From an uncultured virus (IMG/VR IMGVR_UViG_3300022845_000001) (lineage: Duplodnaviria; Heunggongvirae; Uroviricota; Caudoviricetes), in the IMG/VR virus record IMGVR_UViG_3300022845_000001: DNA of 64,000 nt; one strand, given 5' to 3'. The notes under the pieces are model-generated. The model worked only from the letters and a program-made list of their open reading frames with translations, searched no databases and was not told the origin of the DNA. Numbering within the stretch: position 1 is the first letter of the stretch; every line of letters begins with the position of its first letter. A program made the translations under genes and the position numbers. Shown here one piece after another: positions 48,699-58,481 of this stretch.

Positions 48699-49063
48699 TA
48701 TATGTTAGTTTGAAGTTTATCCATTTGTTGTATTTAATGCTACTTCGGTGCAAATTCCATTAGCGCAATCAGCGAACCCGTAAAACTTCCCCAATTTTCT
48801 TGGTATGAAATCATAGGATTGTCAGTTTTTATTTTACCAAGTTCAGCGTATGAATGTTTAATAAGTTTTACATTTAACTTATCTTCAACTACTGCACTAT
48901 ATTTCTCAAATAAAGTCCCTCTTTCTCCGTTTGATAAATTTGATAAACTTTTGTAAAATTCTGTGTTTTTAATTTCTTCTGGTTTCATAATTGTAATTTT
49001 TAAAAGTCAGTAATACTGTATTTAGTTTTATATGTTACTTATGTGGTTTACCCATTTGTTGTA
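48699..49063. repeat. 34-35-bp imperfect direct repeat flanking one ORF
   Basis: TATATGTTA..TT.TG..GTTTAYCCATTTGTTGTA at 48699-48732 and 49029-49063. Confidence 0.7.
48740..48988 (-). CDS. hypothetical protein
   Basis: 82-aa ORF between the repeats. Confidence 0.65.
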   Translation of the reverse strand: MKPEEIKNTEFYKSLSNLSNGERGTLFEKYSAVVEDKLNVKLIKHSYAELGKIKTDNPMISYQENWGSFTGSLIALMEFAPK

Positions 49064-49068
49064 AAACA

Positions 49069-49308
49069 TTATCTAATTTTAAATCCTGCCCAACCTTTGT
49101 TCCATAGATTTTTTTTAAAAGAAAACATATAGTCCGTGTTTTCTTCCAGTATTTTAGCCACATCAAAAGCCACTATATTTGCAACTTCAATCTCCTTGTT
49201 TTCTTTTAAAAAGCGTAGAGCATCATTGCCATCTTTCGGTCTATAACGTTTCACAACAACGTTTATACCAAATAGCTCTACTTGTTCTTTAATCGTTTCT
49301 TTAGTCAT
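49069..49308 (-). CDS. hypothetical protein
   Basis: 79-aa ORF. Confidence 0.65.
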   Translation of the reverse strand: MTKETIKEQVELFGINVVVKRYRPKDGNDALRFLKENKEIEVANIVAFDVAKILEENTDYMFSFKKNLWNKGWAGFKIR

Positions 49309-49319
49309 TTTTATAATTT

Positions 49320-50246
49320 TTATCCATTAATGTTACTTATGAAGGTGTTGTATTTAGTTTCAAGATGTGAGTTATCTAAATCTACATACCTCTTGAATGA
49401 CTTAGAATCCATTGAGTGACCTGAAAATGATTTTACCTCAGTCTCAGTCATTCCGTTCTGTAGCATTCCAGTGATTGCAGAAGCTCTTAACCTGTGAAGT
49501 CCCATGAGTTCCCATTCTTGATTCTTGACAAAAAACTTCTCACTACCCACCTCACGTTCACGGATTACATCTCTAGTGAACCCTGATAGCTTAAAGATAG
49601 TCTTCACCTCTTTTAAGAGCGTGGTGTAAGGTATTCTAGGAAGTAGGTTGATTTGCCCGAAGTTAAACAATGGACTTAAAGGTATTTTGATAAGCTTACC
49701 ACCTGTCTTTTTTGGAATGTAGACCAAGTGATCATTAATAATATTCCTCTCTCTTGTCCATGATTTCATATCCGAATACCTAGCACCAGTAAAAGCGGCA
49801 GTCTTGATGTACTCAAAGGCTTTACGCTGTATATCTGAGTTCGGGGCAAATGATCTCACCATACGTATTACCCTAGAATATTCAGGGACTATCATTTGGT
49901 GTGTATCAGGTAGCTTAGACCAAGCGGAACCCTTCAATGGTACGTTTGTATCATATAAGTCAGAAGCCTTGTTAATTGCCCATTTTAGGCATGATATGTA
50001 AGCGTTCTCTGTGATTGATTCATTACCGTTGTCTCTCAAGGTAATTCTAATCCGGCTAACCCATGAGTCTACCTCTTTTCTACTGACTGTATCTATCTCA
50101 AAGTCTTCCATTATTCCAAGGAGTCCTTTAAGAATCACATTGTAGCAGTAGATTGTTTTATCGGAATACTTGGTACCATTATTTTTGATCAGATCGTTAT
50201 TTACAAGGCTCCTTCGAATATCATTTATGGTTTTTTTGATTTTCAT
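49320..50246 (-). CDS. tyrosine recombinase/integrase
   Basis: TGARYSD (R), KKTG (K), HRLR (HxxR), SGHS (H), FKRY (Y). Confidence 0.92.
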   Translation of the reverse strand: MKIKKTINDIRRSLVNNDLIKNNGTKYSDKTIYCYNVILKGLLGIMEDFEIDTVSRKEVDSWVSRIRITLRDNGNESITENAYISCLKWAINKASDLYDTNVPLKGSAWSKLPDTHQMIVPEYSRVIRMVRSFAPNSDIQRKAFEYIKTAAFTGARYSDMKSWTRERNIINDHLVYIPKKTGGKLIKIPLSPLFNFGQINLLPRIPYTTLLKEVKTIFKLSGFTRDVIREREVGSEKFFVKNQEWELMGLHRLRASAITGMLQNGMTETEVKSFSGHSMDSKSFKRYVDLDNSHLETKYNTFISNING

Positions 50247-50333
50247 AGCGTTTCAATTTCAGTATTTAATCATTTAATTCGCTTACTATTTGATCCACTC
50301 TTTTGTGATTTTCCCTTTTCATGATTTTATTGT

Positions 50334-51227
50334 TTATAATGAACTTAAATATTTCCTACCTATAATTACCCTTTCTCCAAGTTGATCAATAAATGAATCG
50401 TCCTTATTTGATTCAAACATTACAACCCTTTCTGATTCCGGTATATCAAAATTCCATTCAGTATTATCCCAATTAAATAAAGGGTAGTCTTTATCAAATT
50501 TAGCCTTATCAAAAATCATCTTCTTTTCAATCTCTTTACATATCCCTACATAAATATAATCTTCTAAGTCAGGTTGACCTAGTGCATAAAAGAATTTTTG
50601 CTTCTCATTGTAAACCATTTGCTCTGTAGCATTTACTAAACAATAAGCAGTCACCCATTTATTACATCCCCATAGGTTCATGTAAACCTGATTCTGTGAT
50701 TCATAAACAAAATCAAGTGGATCATCTGCAAATGGGAATGTAGCTAACTCCCAAGAAGATTTTACGTCAACGCCATAATCTAAAGCTTTTGGTGGTAAGT
50801 CAGGAAGTCCAGTAAATAACTCATTTTCCCTTCTTTCCTCATTCTTAAATAAAGGTATATTTAAGAAATTTGATAACAAAGTAATACTTTCATCTTCCTG
50901 TAATAGTCCTTTCTGTAAATACTTATTTGTAAACAGGAAAATACGGTCATACTTTATTTCTCTATGCTCCTTTCTTAAAAAGGAAGTAATAGTCCTAGGT
51001 AATTCTCTATTGGTTTTCTTTTTAGTTAGATCATTATATAATCCCTCTTGCCTTGATGTAAGTAACTTACCAATAGCCATTTTATCAATATACCCCTGTA
51101 ACTCACTTTCTTGGTTATCAGATATCCCTATTTTACCAGTCATCATTTTAGATGATTGAGAAGCCCTACATAGCCATTTGCTGAAATCTATCATTCCCCT
51201 CCTAATTTTATCCACTTGGCTTTCCAC
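50334..51227 (-). CDS. YqaJ/lambda-exonuclease-like PD-(D/E)XK nuclease
   Basis: RASQ, KGLLQE, TGLPD...DVKSSW, QNQVYM. Confidence 0.8.
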   Translation of the reverse strand: MESQVDKIRRGMIDFSKWLCRASQSSKMMTGKIGISDNQESELQGYIDKMAIGKLLTSRQEGLYNDLTKKKTNRELPRTITSFLRKEHREIKYDRIFLFTNKYLQKGLLQEDESITLLSNFLNIPLFKNEERRENELFTGLPDLPPKALDYGVDVKSSWELATFPFADDPLDFVYESQNQVYMNLWGCNKWVTAYCLVNATEQMVYNEKQKFFYALGQPDLEDYIYVGICKEIEKKMIFDKAKFDKDYPLFNWDNTEWNFDIPESERVVMFESNKDDSFIDQLGERVIIGRKYLSSL

Positions 51228-52084
51228 GCAAGTTCGGTTTCAGGTGTTAAGTTATCTTTAAGCATTTCAAGATCATCTAAGGTTTCGGCTTTCTCTATGA
51301 AAGAAGATACCCTTTCAGATTCTTCATCTTTTTGTGATGGCTTATTACGCTTTGGCCTAAAAGTTTGCTCTACAGTAGTGTCTCCGTCCTTAATAGCTTG
51401 AGCAACACCTATAAGCGTTACTAAGTCGTCTTTGTCAATATTATCCTTTTTAGGCTTACCCATTAAGGTTAATAACTCTTGCTCAGTAACGCTTAACTTG
51501 TCTGAAAACATAGAGAAAACATCATCTCTACGTTTAATCATCTTTGCCTCGTCTGATATGTCTCCAGTGATTAAGGCTTTGGCTGCATTGTAGACCTTAT
51601 CAACAATTGATTTTGGAACTACTGATAATATAGCATTTCTCATTGCGATGGCATTTGCTGCGTTACCCGTTACAGTTATCATATCATCATTCATCCTTCC
51701 TTTTTTGGTCATGATAGACCTCTTTACTTCAATCTTAATCGCTAAGTTATTCTCAAGATCAAATGCTACTGCCTGAGAAGTTATTGTGCCTGAATCAATT
51801 GATGAAATACTTGCTTCTACCCTCATATTTCCCCATGTCTGAGCGATAATCTTCGCCAAATGAACACTTGGTCCAGAAATAGTTTTACCACCTCTAGGAA
51901 GGGAATAGTTACAGGTCTGTGCTGTTTCTTCATCCATTGTTGCTGTAGCAATTGCATTGTTCAATGATCTCTTAATATCTCTAGGATATGCATGAGCAGT
52001 TGCTACTTGAGCATTTATAGCTCCCTCTTCTTTATTTATAGGGATAGTTGATTGCTCTACTGTTAATTCGTTTAAGTCTTCCAT
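51191..52084 (-). CDS. putative single-strand annealing protein
   Basis: QVATAHAYPRD...YSLPRGG..ISGPSVHLA...WGN; adjacent to exonuclease. Confidence 0.55.
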   Translation of the reverse strand: MEDLNELTVEQSTIPINKEEGAINAQVATAHAYPRDIKRSLNNAIATATMDEETAQTCNYSLPRGGKTISGPSVHLAKIIAQTWGNMRVEASISSIDSGTITSQAVAFDLENNLAIKIEVKRSIMTKKGRMNDDMITVTGNAANAIAMRNAILSVVPKSIVDKVYNAAKALITGDISDEAKMIKRRDDVFSMFSDKLSVTEQELLTLMGKPKKDNIDKDDLVTLIGVAQAIKDGDTTVEQTFRPKRNKPSQKDEESERVSSFIEKAETLDDLEMLKDNLTPETELAWKAKWIKLGGE

Positions 52085-52094
52085 TTTTTTTTAC

Positions 52095-52307
52095 TTATTT
52101 TAAGTTATCTATTTTTTTTAACCAACCTTCTACGATTACCGTTTTTAGGGTTACACAGGATTGCCAAGATTTACTCCCATTATGATATCGGCATGACTGA
52201 AAACCCACAAGCGGAACAAAGGCTATAGCAAAACCTAAGTTATCATCTAAGGTCGGTGGATTGTCTGCGGATTCTAATATGAATGTTAATTTATCTCCGT
52301 TTTTCAT
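52095..52307 (-). CDS. hypothetical protein
   Basis: Co-oriented ORF. Confidence 0.55.
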   Translation of the reverse strand: MKNGDKLTFILESADNPPTLDDNLGFAIAFVPLVGFQSCRYHNGSKSWQSCVTLKTVIVEGWLKKIDNLK

Positions 52308-52594
52308 TTGTAATGTGATGTTTTAAGATTTTTAACAAATAATACCAAAGATTTACCGGATAATTCCTTGATTTTATGGGCTGATTCAGCGTCCGCACAA
52401 AGAACTTTACCGTGAAGACGTGATATATGATCTTCAAAAGATTCATCTGATAATTCACGTTTTGGGGAAAATAACTCTTTGATTACTTCCCTTCCGATAG
52501 ATCTTACTTTCTTAACAGACCTACTAACAGCTATATAAGCTTTTAAGTCTCCCTTTTTTTTGTAATCAATTCTTGGAATTTTTACTGAAGTCAT
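52304..52594 (-). CDS. hypothetical protein
   Basis: Co-oriented ORF. Confidence 0.55.
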   Translation of the reverse strand: MTSVKIPRIDYKKKGDLKAYIAVSRSVKKVRSIGREVIKELFSPKRELSDESFEDHISRLHGKVLCADAESAHKIKELSGKSLVLFVKNLKTSHYK

Positions 52595-52871
52595 ATTTCA
52601 TAGATTTTAAAATTTCAACTTTATCCTGTTTCATTTGTACGAATAACTCCCTAAGAACCATCTTATGAAACTCTTCATTGTACATGTTTTTGTTTGTGAC
52701 TTGACTTATTTCAATTCCTGCCAACTGTAAGTTCGAATAAAGCTCATGAGTGGTTATTTTAGCTCTTCTTGCAAACGTACAGTAACTATTGTAGTCACTA
52801 TGTATTGCATAAATTAAGAGGTTATTTACCCTTGATCTTTCTCCGTACAGGAATTTGATTAATTTCTCCAT
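52566..52871 (-). CDS. hypothetical protein
   Basis: Co-oriented ORF. Confidence 0.6.
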   Translation of the reverse strand: MEKLIKFLYGERSRVNNLLIYAIHSDYNSYCTFARRAKITTHELYSNLQLAGIEISQVTNKNMYNEEFHKMVLRELFVQMKQDKVEILKSMKYDFSKNSKN

Positions 52872-52953
52872 AACGCTAAGTTTAATATCTCCAACTATAA
52901 TAACAAATCCTATTATTTAAACAGTCAAGTTATTACATGAGTGGTATTTAATG

Positions 52954-53526
52954 CTATCTACGTATTCCAAAATCAGTTTTTCTAATCTTGCACATTCTTC
53001 CATCGTTTTTATGATGAAAAACAATTCCTTCAATGTCTACCATTTCTAAATATTGTTTTAAGTTTTCAAAATTTAATGGGTAAACTAATCCTTCTAAAAC
53101 CTTATTTCCATGTTTAATTAAACAATTACCTTCTATTTTTTCTGGATTACCTTGTACTCTTTCACCACACAATTCATAAGAACCATCCATTAACTTCATT
53201 CCTTTTTCAATTTCCAATAAATCAAAAGCTTCAAAGTGGTATTTGTTGCTTTTATCTTCTCGCTCACATTTCACCCAATGAGGGTGATGCCCTGTAATTA
53301 CATCGGCCTTTTGACATTCAATTGCTCCATCTGGAACCTTTCTGCCTTTTTTTAAATTATACCTTTTATATAATTCCCCATTAATTATAGCACAAGCAGA
53401 CCCATCATATTTCCGAGTAGGTATACCCTCACCATCAAACACCCATTGGTTTTCTGGGTTTACCTCATTAATTACCCTCCCTAAATCTTGTGGGTATTTT
53501 TTAAACAATGTGCTTATTTTTTTCAT
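52954..53526 (-). CDS. ATP-dependent RNA ligase-like protein (DUF5565-type)
   Basis: Motif I TRKYDG; YELCG; EGIVF; KIRK. Confidence 0.8.
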   Translation of the reverse strand: MKKISTLFKKYPQDLGRVINEVNPENQWVFDGEGIPTRKYDGSACAIINGELYKRYNLKKGRKVPDGAIECQKADVITGHHPHWVKCEREDKSNKYHFEAFDLLEIEKGMKLMDGSYELCGERVQGNPEKIEGNCLIKHGNKVLEGLVYPLNFENLKQYLEMVDIEGIVFHHKNDGRMCKIRKTDFGIRR

Positions 53527-53538
53527 TCTATTTAAGTT

Positions 53539-53910
53539 TTAATATTTAGCTAATTCAATGTGACAACTTTTAATCTGATCTATTGTAGTAGATTTAGTCA
53601 AGTCCTGTGGCGTATATCTAAGAAGCCTCCACCCTAGTTCTGCCATGCTATTATACTTTTCCATGTCTCCAACAAATCCAGAGCCTCTAGTATGTCCTCC
53701 ATTATCCCATACACCACCCTCCACTTCAATAGCTAATTTTATATCAGGGTATGAAAAGTCAATTCTCCATTTTCTAACCGGATGGAAGATGAACTCTCGA
53801 ACAGGTTTAGATATTTCCTGTGTAAGAAGCCTTTCAAATAGAGAATATGACTCTTCAATCTCACCGACAACCATCTTTTTTTTGATGGAATTTCTAGTCC
53901 ATTTGGCCAT
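53539..53910 (-). CDS. Vsr/DUF559-like PD-(D/E)XK endonuclease
   Basis: EFIFHPVRKWRIDF...LAIEVEGG...H.RG..D.EKYN...GW. Confidence 0.85.
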   Translation of the reverse strand: MAKWTRNSIKKKMVVGEIEESYSLFERLLTQEISKPVREFIFHPVRKWRIDFSYPDIKLAIEVEGGVWDNGGHTRGSGFVGDMEKYNSMAELGWRLLRYTPQDLTKSTTIDQIKSCHIELAKY

Positions 53911-53916
53911 TATTTT

Positions 53917-54309
53917 TTAAAATGGCAAATCATCTTGCTCATCATTAGGTGTAGCTGTTTTCTTTGGTGCTGAATTACCCTCCGTGTTATTGCCTCCCAA
54001 CATAGTCAAAGAGTTTACAACCACCTTAGTCACTCGCTTTTTAATCCCGTCTTTTTCATATTCTTGGTAGTCTAGCTTACCCTCTATGTAGATAGAATTT
54101 CCTTTGGAGACATATTGTTCTACAATATCTGCCAGCTTATTAAAAAAAGTAAGTTGGTGCCATGATGTTTTCTCTTTCTTTTCACCATTTTTATCTTTCC
54201 ATGTTTCAGATGTCGCCAAAGATAGACTTGCTACCTTCACAGTTCCTGTTCTTATCTCAGGATCTTGACCTACATTACCGATTAATATTACTTTGTTTAC
54301 TCCTGTCAT
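53917..54309 (-). CDS. ssb: single-stranded DNA-binding protein
   Basis: VNKVILIGNVGQDPE...SLATSE...DDLPF. Confidence 0.97.
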   Translation of the reverse strand: MTGVNKVILIGNVGQDPEIRTGTVKVASLSLATSETWKDKNGEKKEKTSWHQLTFFNKLADIVEQYVSKGNSIYIEGKLDYQEYEKDGIKKRVTKVVVNSLTMLGGNNTEGNSAPKKTATPNDEQDDLPF

Positions 54310-55463
54310 TACATTTTATTTATTTGAATATTTGCCCATGCCTTAAACCCATTGAATTTATTCAGGATCTCATTGTAAACCAATTGAGCCTCTTTGTCTA
54401 CATCCATTTCAGGAAGGATTAATTCATCTAAAGCCTTCCTGATTTTCTGTTTTGCAGGAGCCTTATTTAATTCTTCTTGAGCCATTCTTTCAGCCTCAGC
54501 AGATTCTGCCTCTTTCTTTAATCGGTCAGCTTCTTTTTTGTCCCGATCTTCTTTTTCTTTTCTGGCTTTTTGTCTCTCAGCTTCTAAATCCTTTTGAAGT
54601 TTAGCCTGTCGATCTTCATTTACCTTCCTTTCAGCATCTTCTTTTTGCTTACGGATTAGTTCTGCCTTTTCTCTTGCTTCTGCCTCTTTCTTTAATCGGT
54701 CAACTTCTTCTTCTCGTTCCTTTTTAAGTCTCTCATTTTCGATTCTTACCTTTTCATCTTCATCCTCCTTGAATTTTTTCTTGGCTTTTAATTCAGAAAC
54801 CCAAATATCGAATTCTTCGTCTGATATCTCTTGTAATTTTGGCCCTGTTTCAAAAAAATCATAGTAAGGACGTAAAATATCAGACCTTTTAGCCTGTAAC
54901 AATTCTTTCCTCTCAAACTCTAACCTTATTTCCTCTTCTTCATTTAAGGCTTGAATTTTAGCCTCATATTCAGATTTTGCACCATTTAACACATGGCCAA
55001 ATACCTCGTCTGTCATTATATCTAATCCTGAAGGCTCAAAGTCCATGTACTCAGACAGTTGCTCCCACCTATTAGCTTTTACTTCTTCTTTCCTTTTTTG
55101 CTCAAGAAGTTGCACATACTTTTCCTTTTCTTCTGCTTTAGACTCAAGGGCTTTGTACTCTCCCTCGATGAATTGAAATGATTTCATCCATGCATGATCA
55201 AGCAAATCAAAATGAAGCTTTTCTGCCTTAATGCTGGATCTGTTTTTTTCCGTTAATCGTTTGGCCTCGCCTCTCTCATTTTTAAGGAACAGACGTGCTT
55301 GTCGTGCCTTTGTGAGTGATTCCTTATCATCGACATCCTTAATTTCTAGGTCGTCAATGATTTTTGAATACTCCTGAATTTTCTCTAAAAATTCTTCGAA
55401 GGAACCCTTTATTGCTAATTGGTTCTCTTTACTGACTTCTGATAATGCTAGTTCTAAGCTCAT
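54309..55463 (-). CDS. long coiled-coil protein
   Basis: E/K/R-rich heptads in the recombination cluster. Confidence 0.7.
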   Translation of the reverse strand: MSLELALSEVSKENQLAIKGSFEEFLEKIQEYSKIIDDLEIKDVDDKESLTKARQARLFLKNERGEAKRLTEKNRSSIKAEKLHFDLLDHAWMKSFQFIEGEYKALESKAEEKEKYVQLLEQKRKEEVKANRWEQLSEYMDFEPSGLDIMTDEVFGHVLNGAKSEYEAKIQALNEEEEIRLEFERKELLQAKRSDILRPYYDFFETGPKLQEISDEEFDIWVSELKAKKKFKEDEDEKVRIENERLKKEREEEVDRLKKEAEAREKAELIRKQKEDAERKVNEDRQAKLQKDLEAERQKARKEKEDRDKKEADRLKKEAESAEAERMAQEELNKAPAKQKIRKALDELILPEMDVDKEAQLVYNEILNKFNGFKAWANIQINKM

Positions 55464-55479
55464 GTTTGATTTATGTTTG

Positions 55480-55803
55480 TTAAAATTCTTTTCCTTCGTA
55501 CTTAATTAGATACTCTCTTCTTATTTCATCCTGACGTTCTATGAATGCGGGATATGTTTCTTGTTTATCATGCTCTTCCGGTGTCATTAGAATTATATTC
55601 TCAGGGTTTAGCTTGTATTTAGAGTATTTGCCTTTCCCTAAAATATGCCCAAACTGGAAATGCCATTTAAAATTTCCTTTTGGTAATAAAGGTGAAGATG
55701 TCAATTCTGATAAATGTTCCCTTTCTTCCCAAACTATGTTAAATAACTGAGATTGATTTTTGATTAGTATTCCCTTGTACAGGAATGGTGGGTCTTTTTT
55801 CAT
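55480..55803 (-). CDS. HNH/NinG-like nuclease-fold protein
   Basis: SELT...FGHILGKG.Y...NIILMT.EEH. Confidence 0.6.
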   Translation of the reverse strand: MKKDPPFLYKGILIKNQSQLFNIVWEEREHLSELTSSPLLPKGNFKWHFQFGHILGKGKYSKYKLNPENIILMTPEEHDKQETYPAFIERQDEIRREYLIKYEGKEF

Positions 55804-55996
55804 TATATTAATCTTCTAGTAATAAAATAGGGTTATCTAAGTACCATTTCCAATGTCCAGCTTTCCATAAGTTAGGGTTTTTAATGTCCAAAGAATCAGT
55901 AGGTGGATATCCAGTTTTAGCATTGGATACTAATTTATCTACATGGTCTTTGTGAAGAGAGTACCATATACTCGCCTTTTTCATAACATTAGTTAT

Positions 55997-56203
55997 TTAA
56001 ATTTTATTGTATAAATCTAATGATTCTAAGCAATCATGACAGGTTGTATCATTCATTGGTTCCTTACAATAATCACACACATTCCTTTTTAGTAAAAATT
56101 CAATCCCTGCTAAAAATCCTTCGCCAAAATAAGCATTACATCCAGCCTTTTTATAAGATTCATTTAATGCTTCTTCAATTTCTTGTTTTGTTAGCTTTTC
56201 CAT
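55997..56203 (-). CDS. hypothetical protein with CxxC...CxxC
   Basis: CDYC...CHDC. Confidence 0.6.
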   Translation of the reverse strand: MEKLTKQEIEEALNESYKKAGCNAYFGEGFLAGIEFLLKRNVCDYCKEPMNDTTCHDCLESLDLYNKI

Positions 56204-56229
56204 AATTCAGTTTGGTTTAATATTTAATA

Positions 56230-56625
56230 CTATCCGTCAGAATATCTACAGTACTTTTTTTCAAGACTCCTTAATCCTATGATTGTGTCTGCCATCGTTT
56301 CTAAATCCGGATAATAGTGGTACCCATAGTTTCCTGTTTCATCGTCACCGTAATACAAGTGCATGATACCATCAAAAAAAGCAATTCCATGAAAAACACA
56401 TTCAACCATGCAGTATTCTTTATGCCACTCATTTTTTTCAGTTTGATCATTACATATATGACCATATTTCTCTACAGCGTAGAAATTAAATCCAAGCCCT
56501 TTTTTTTCGTTAGGCTTGTAGTATATTCTAACGTCACTATTTTTTATTTTTAAAAACTCCCATCCACAAATTTCTTCATTTGGGTAAAATACTTGTCTTA
56601 CATCTTTCAAATAAACATCATTCAT
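56230..56625 (-). CDS. hypothetical protein
   Basis: 131-aa ORF. Confidence 0.7.
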   Translation of the reverse strand: MNDVYLKDVRQVFYPNEEICGWEFLKIKNSDVRIYYKPNEKKGLGFNFYAVEKYGHICNDQTEKNEWHKEYCMVECVFHGIAFFDGIMHLYYGDDETGNYGYHYYPDLETMADTIIGLRSLEKKYCRYSDG

Positions 56626-56744
56626 GCTATTCGTTTTTAGTTTAAGTTGTCATAATTTCAAAGCCCAAAGTAATACCTCTACAAAAAGAAACCATCCTGC
56701 ATACAGGAGTGCCAATGTAACTATCATCCTAATAGTTTTCTTCA

Positions 56745-57017
56745 TTACACCTTTTCAAAAACGTGAAAAACTAAACTTCCATTATATAATTTGTATGTGC
56801 CTAAATAAACCCTATCTATGTCAGATTTTAAAGAATATACTGTTGCGACTTTTTCTTCAAAAAATCTTTTCTCTGTTAACGTTAATGGATCAACTAAAGC
56901 CCATAAGCAGGGGAATCCATTTTGTGCTTGAACTGTTAATATTTCTGCACCAATAGGCATATCAATAGTGTCACTTTCTATCATATCTAATTCAAATTTC
57001 CAAATTTCTTTTTTCAT
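56745..57017 (-). CDS. conserved small phage protein
   Basis: IWKF...MP.GAEILTVQ.Q...LWALVD...YLGT...LVFHVFE. Confidence 0.75.
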   Translation of the reverse strand: MKKEIWKFELDMIESDTIDMPIGAEILTVQAQNGFPCLWALVDPLTLTEKRFFEEKVATVYSLKSDIDRVYLGTYKLYNGSLVFHVFEKV

Positions 57018-57020
57018 GGT

Positions 57021-57251
57021 TTATTCATTTAAAAGGTCATTTGCTAAAGTTCCATGTTTTAGCACGTTCTTCAATGTAGATCCTGAACAATTCACATGAA
57101 ATGAGTCAATCCAGTGATCATCGTCAACCTCTGATGGATAATTACCGAATCTTTCAAAGTATTCATATTCAGCATCGTGAAGTAATCTTAAATACTCCCC
57201 ATGTGTTTTATTTAACTTTACAAGAAGTGTTTCAAATTTTCTATCTGTCAT
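57021..57251 (-). CDS. hypothetical protein
   Basis: Co-oriented ORF. Confidence 0.6.
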   Translation of the reverse strand: MTDRKFETLLVKLNKTHGEYLRLLHDAEYEYFERFGNYPSEVDDDHWIDSFHVNCSGSTLKNVLKHGTLANDLLNE

Positions 57252-57496
57252 GGATTATCATTTAAAAGGTCATCAATTTCATTTTCTATAAAATCCTCGG
57301 CAATCAATTTATCAATATGTTCTGGATCTATTAGAAATCGAAAGTCTAATGAGACATAATATTCCTTTACTACAAGGGTGCCTTCATGATTTGTTGTACC
57401 GGAATAGGTTGTCATGTTTTTTTGTGTCCCGTTTTTAAGTCCCAGCTTCAGAAGCTGGATGAATTTCTTCTTGTCGCTTTTTGTAATTATATTCAT
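57248..57496 (-). CDS. hypothetical protein (start trimmed)
   Basis: AAAACCATG start at 57496. Confidence 0.6.
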   Translation of the reverse strand: MNIITKSDKKKFIQLLKLGLKNGTQKNMTTYSGTTNHEGTLVVKEYYVSLDFRFLIDPEHIDKLIAEDFIENEIDDLLNDNP

Positions 57497-57693
57497 GGTT
57501 TTATTTTTAAAGGGTTCCATTCTCTGTTTTGGCTATCCCATTCATATTCTTCCCTCTTGTCTCCATTAGCATAGAAGTCTAAAGCCCTTACTGATCCACC
57601 ACCATAACCAGCGTTATTCATCGCTTCATGGGGTTCATTACCTTTTACTACTTCAGAATGACCAGTAAGCCAAAATAATGTGAATTCTTTCAT
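57493..57693 (-). CDS. hypothetical protein
   Basis: FTLFWLTG...AGYGGG..RALDFY; AAAACCATG start. Confidence 0.7.
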   Translation of the reverse strand: MKEFTLFWLTGHSEVVKGNEPHEAMNNAGYGGGSVRALDFYANGDKREEYEWDSQNREWNPLKIKP

Positions 57694-57735
57694 GGTTTTA
57701 TTTTTAGTGATTACAGCAACTAATATTAGCTAATA

Positions 57736-57775
57736 GTTGTAAAATATTAAAACGATTTTATAACAATGTATAAAA
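57736..57775. repeat. empty attC-like mini-cassette, paralogous to 5464-5503
   Basis: GTTGTAAAAT-ATTAAAACG-ATTTTATAAC-AATGTATAAAA. Confidence 0.6.
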
Positions 57776-57952
57776 TCAATTAATTATTACATCTTGCCTA
57801 TAGCTTTTCTTAGTGCATCCATCACGCTCACAACAATAATGGTTTGTTTTAGTACCATCTCTTAGCACTTCAACATAAACCTTTTTGCCATCCCTTTCGC
57901 AGAGTTCGCTTGTATCTACCCATTTACTTTCTTTATGTATTCTATATTCCAT
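57776..57952 (-). CDS. 58-aa hypothetical protein ending at the attC-like arm
   Basis: MEYRIHKESKW...QDVIIN*; below ORF-track cutoff. Confidence 0.45.
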   Translation of the reverse strand: MEYRIHKESKWVDTSELCERDGKKVYVEVLRDGTKTNHYCCERDGCTKKSYRQDVIIN

Positions 57953-58050
57953 AATTTCAATTTTTAATGTAGTTCAGAACAACCAGTATGGTTATCGCTG
58001 AAATTACTAATGCTACTTCAATTACCTTTCTCATAAATTTAATGATTAAA

Positions 58051-58269
58051 TCATTCGCCCGAAAGAGTTATTTGATAAACGGGCAAATCGTTGTTTGGAC
58101 GGTTAATAGTATCGTTTTCTATTTTTATTTCGATTAAACCAATTAAGGTACACGCTAGGTATCCACTATAAAAAGCAACAATAATAGAGGACTTTATTAA
58201 TCCGGCATAGTAAAAACCCAAAACGAACAATACATCTATTAATAATGCGATACATACCACCCAGATCAT
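58051..58269 (-). CDS. two-TM membrane protein
   Basis: Two hydrophobic stretches. Confidence 0.55.
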   Translation of the reverse strand: MIWVVCIALLIDVLFVLGFYYAGLIKSSIIVAFYSGYLACTLIGLIEIKIENDTINRPNNDLPVYQITLSGE

Positions 58270-58481
58270 AACATTAAAGATTTAGCCTTATTAATGTAAT
58301 CCTGATGAAAAGGACAGTCCTCTAGGTATATATGAAACCAACTCCTTTGCCTTTGAGACATCTTAGATACAAGGTTTCTTGCTGTTTCTTCTTCCTTGCC
58401 TATAATAGAGTCTAGGATCAATTCAAAGACCCCATTAATGTTTTCGTATTCAAGCTGCTTTATTTCTTTTTTACTTATCAT
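58266..58481 (-). CDS. hypothetical protein
   Basis: Co-oriented ORF. Confidence 0.65.
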   Translation of the reverse strand: MISKKEIKQLEYENINGVFELILDSIIGKEEETARNLVSKMSQRQRSWFHIYLEDCPFHQDYINKAKSLML

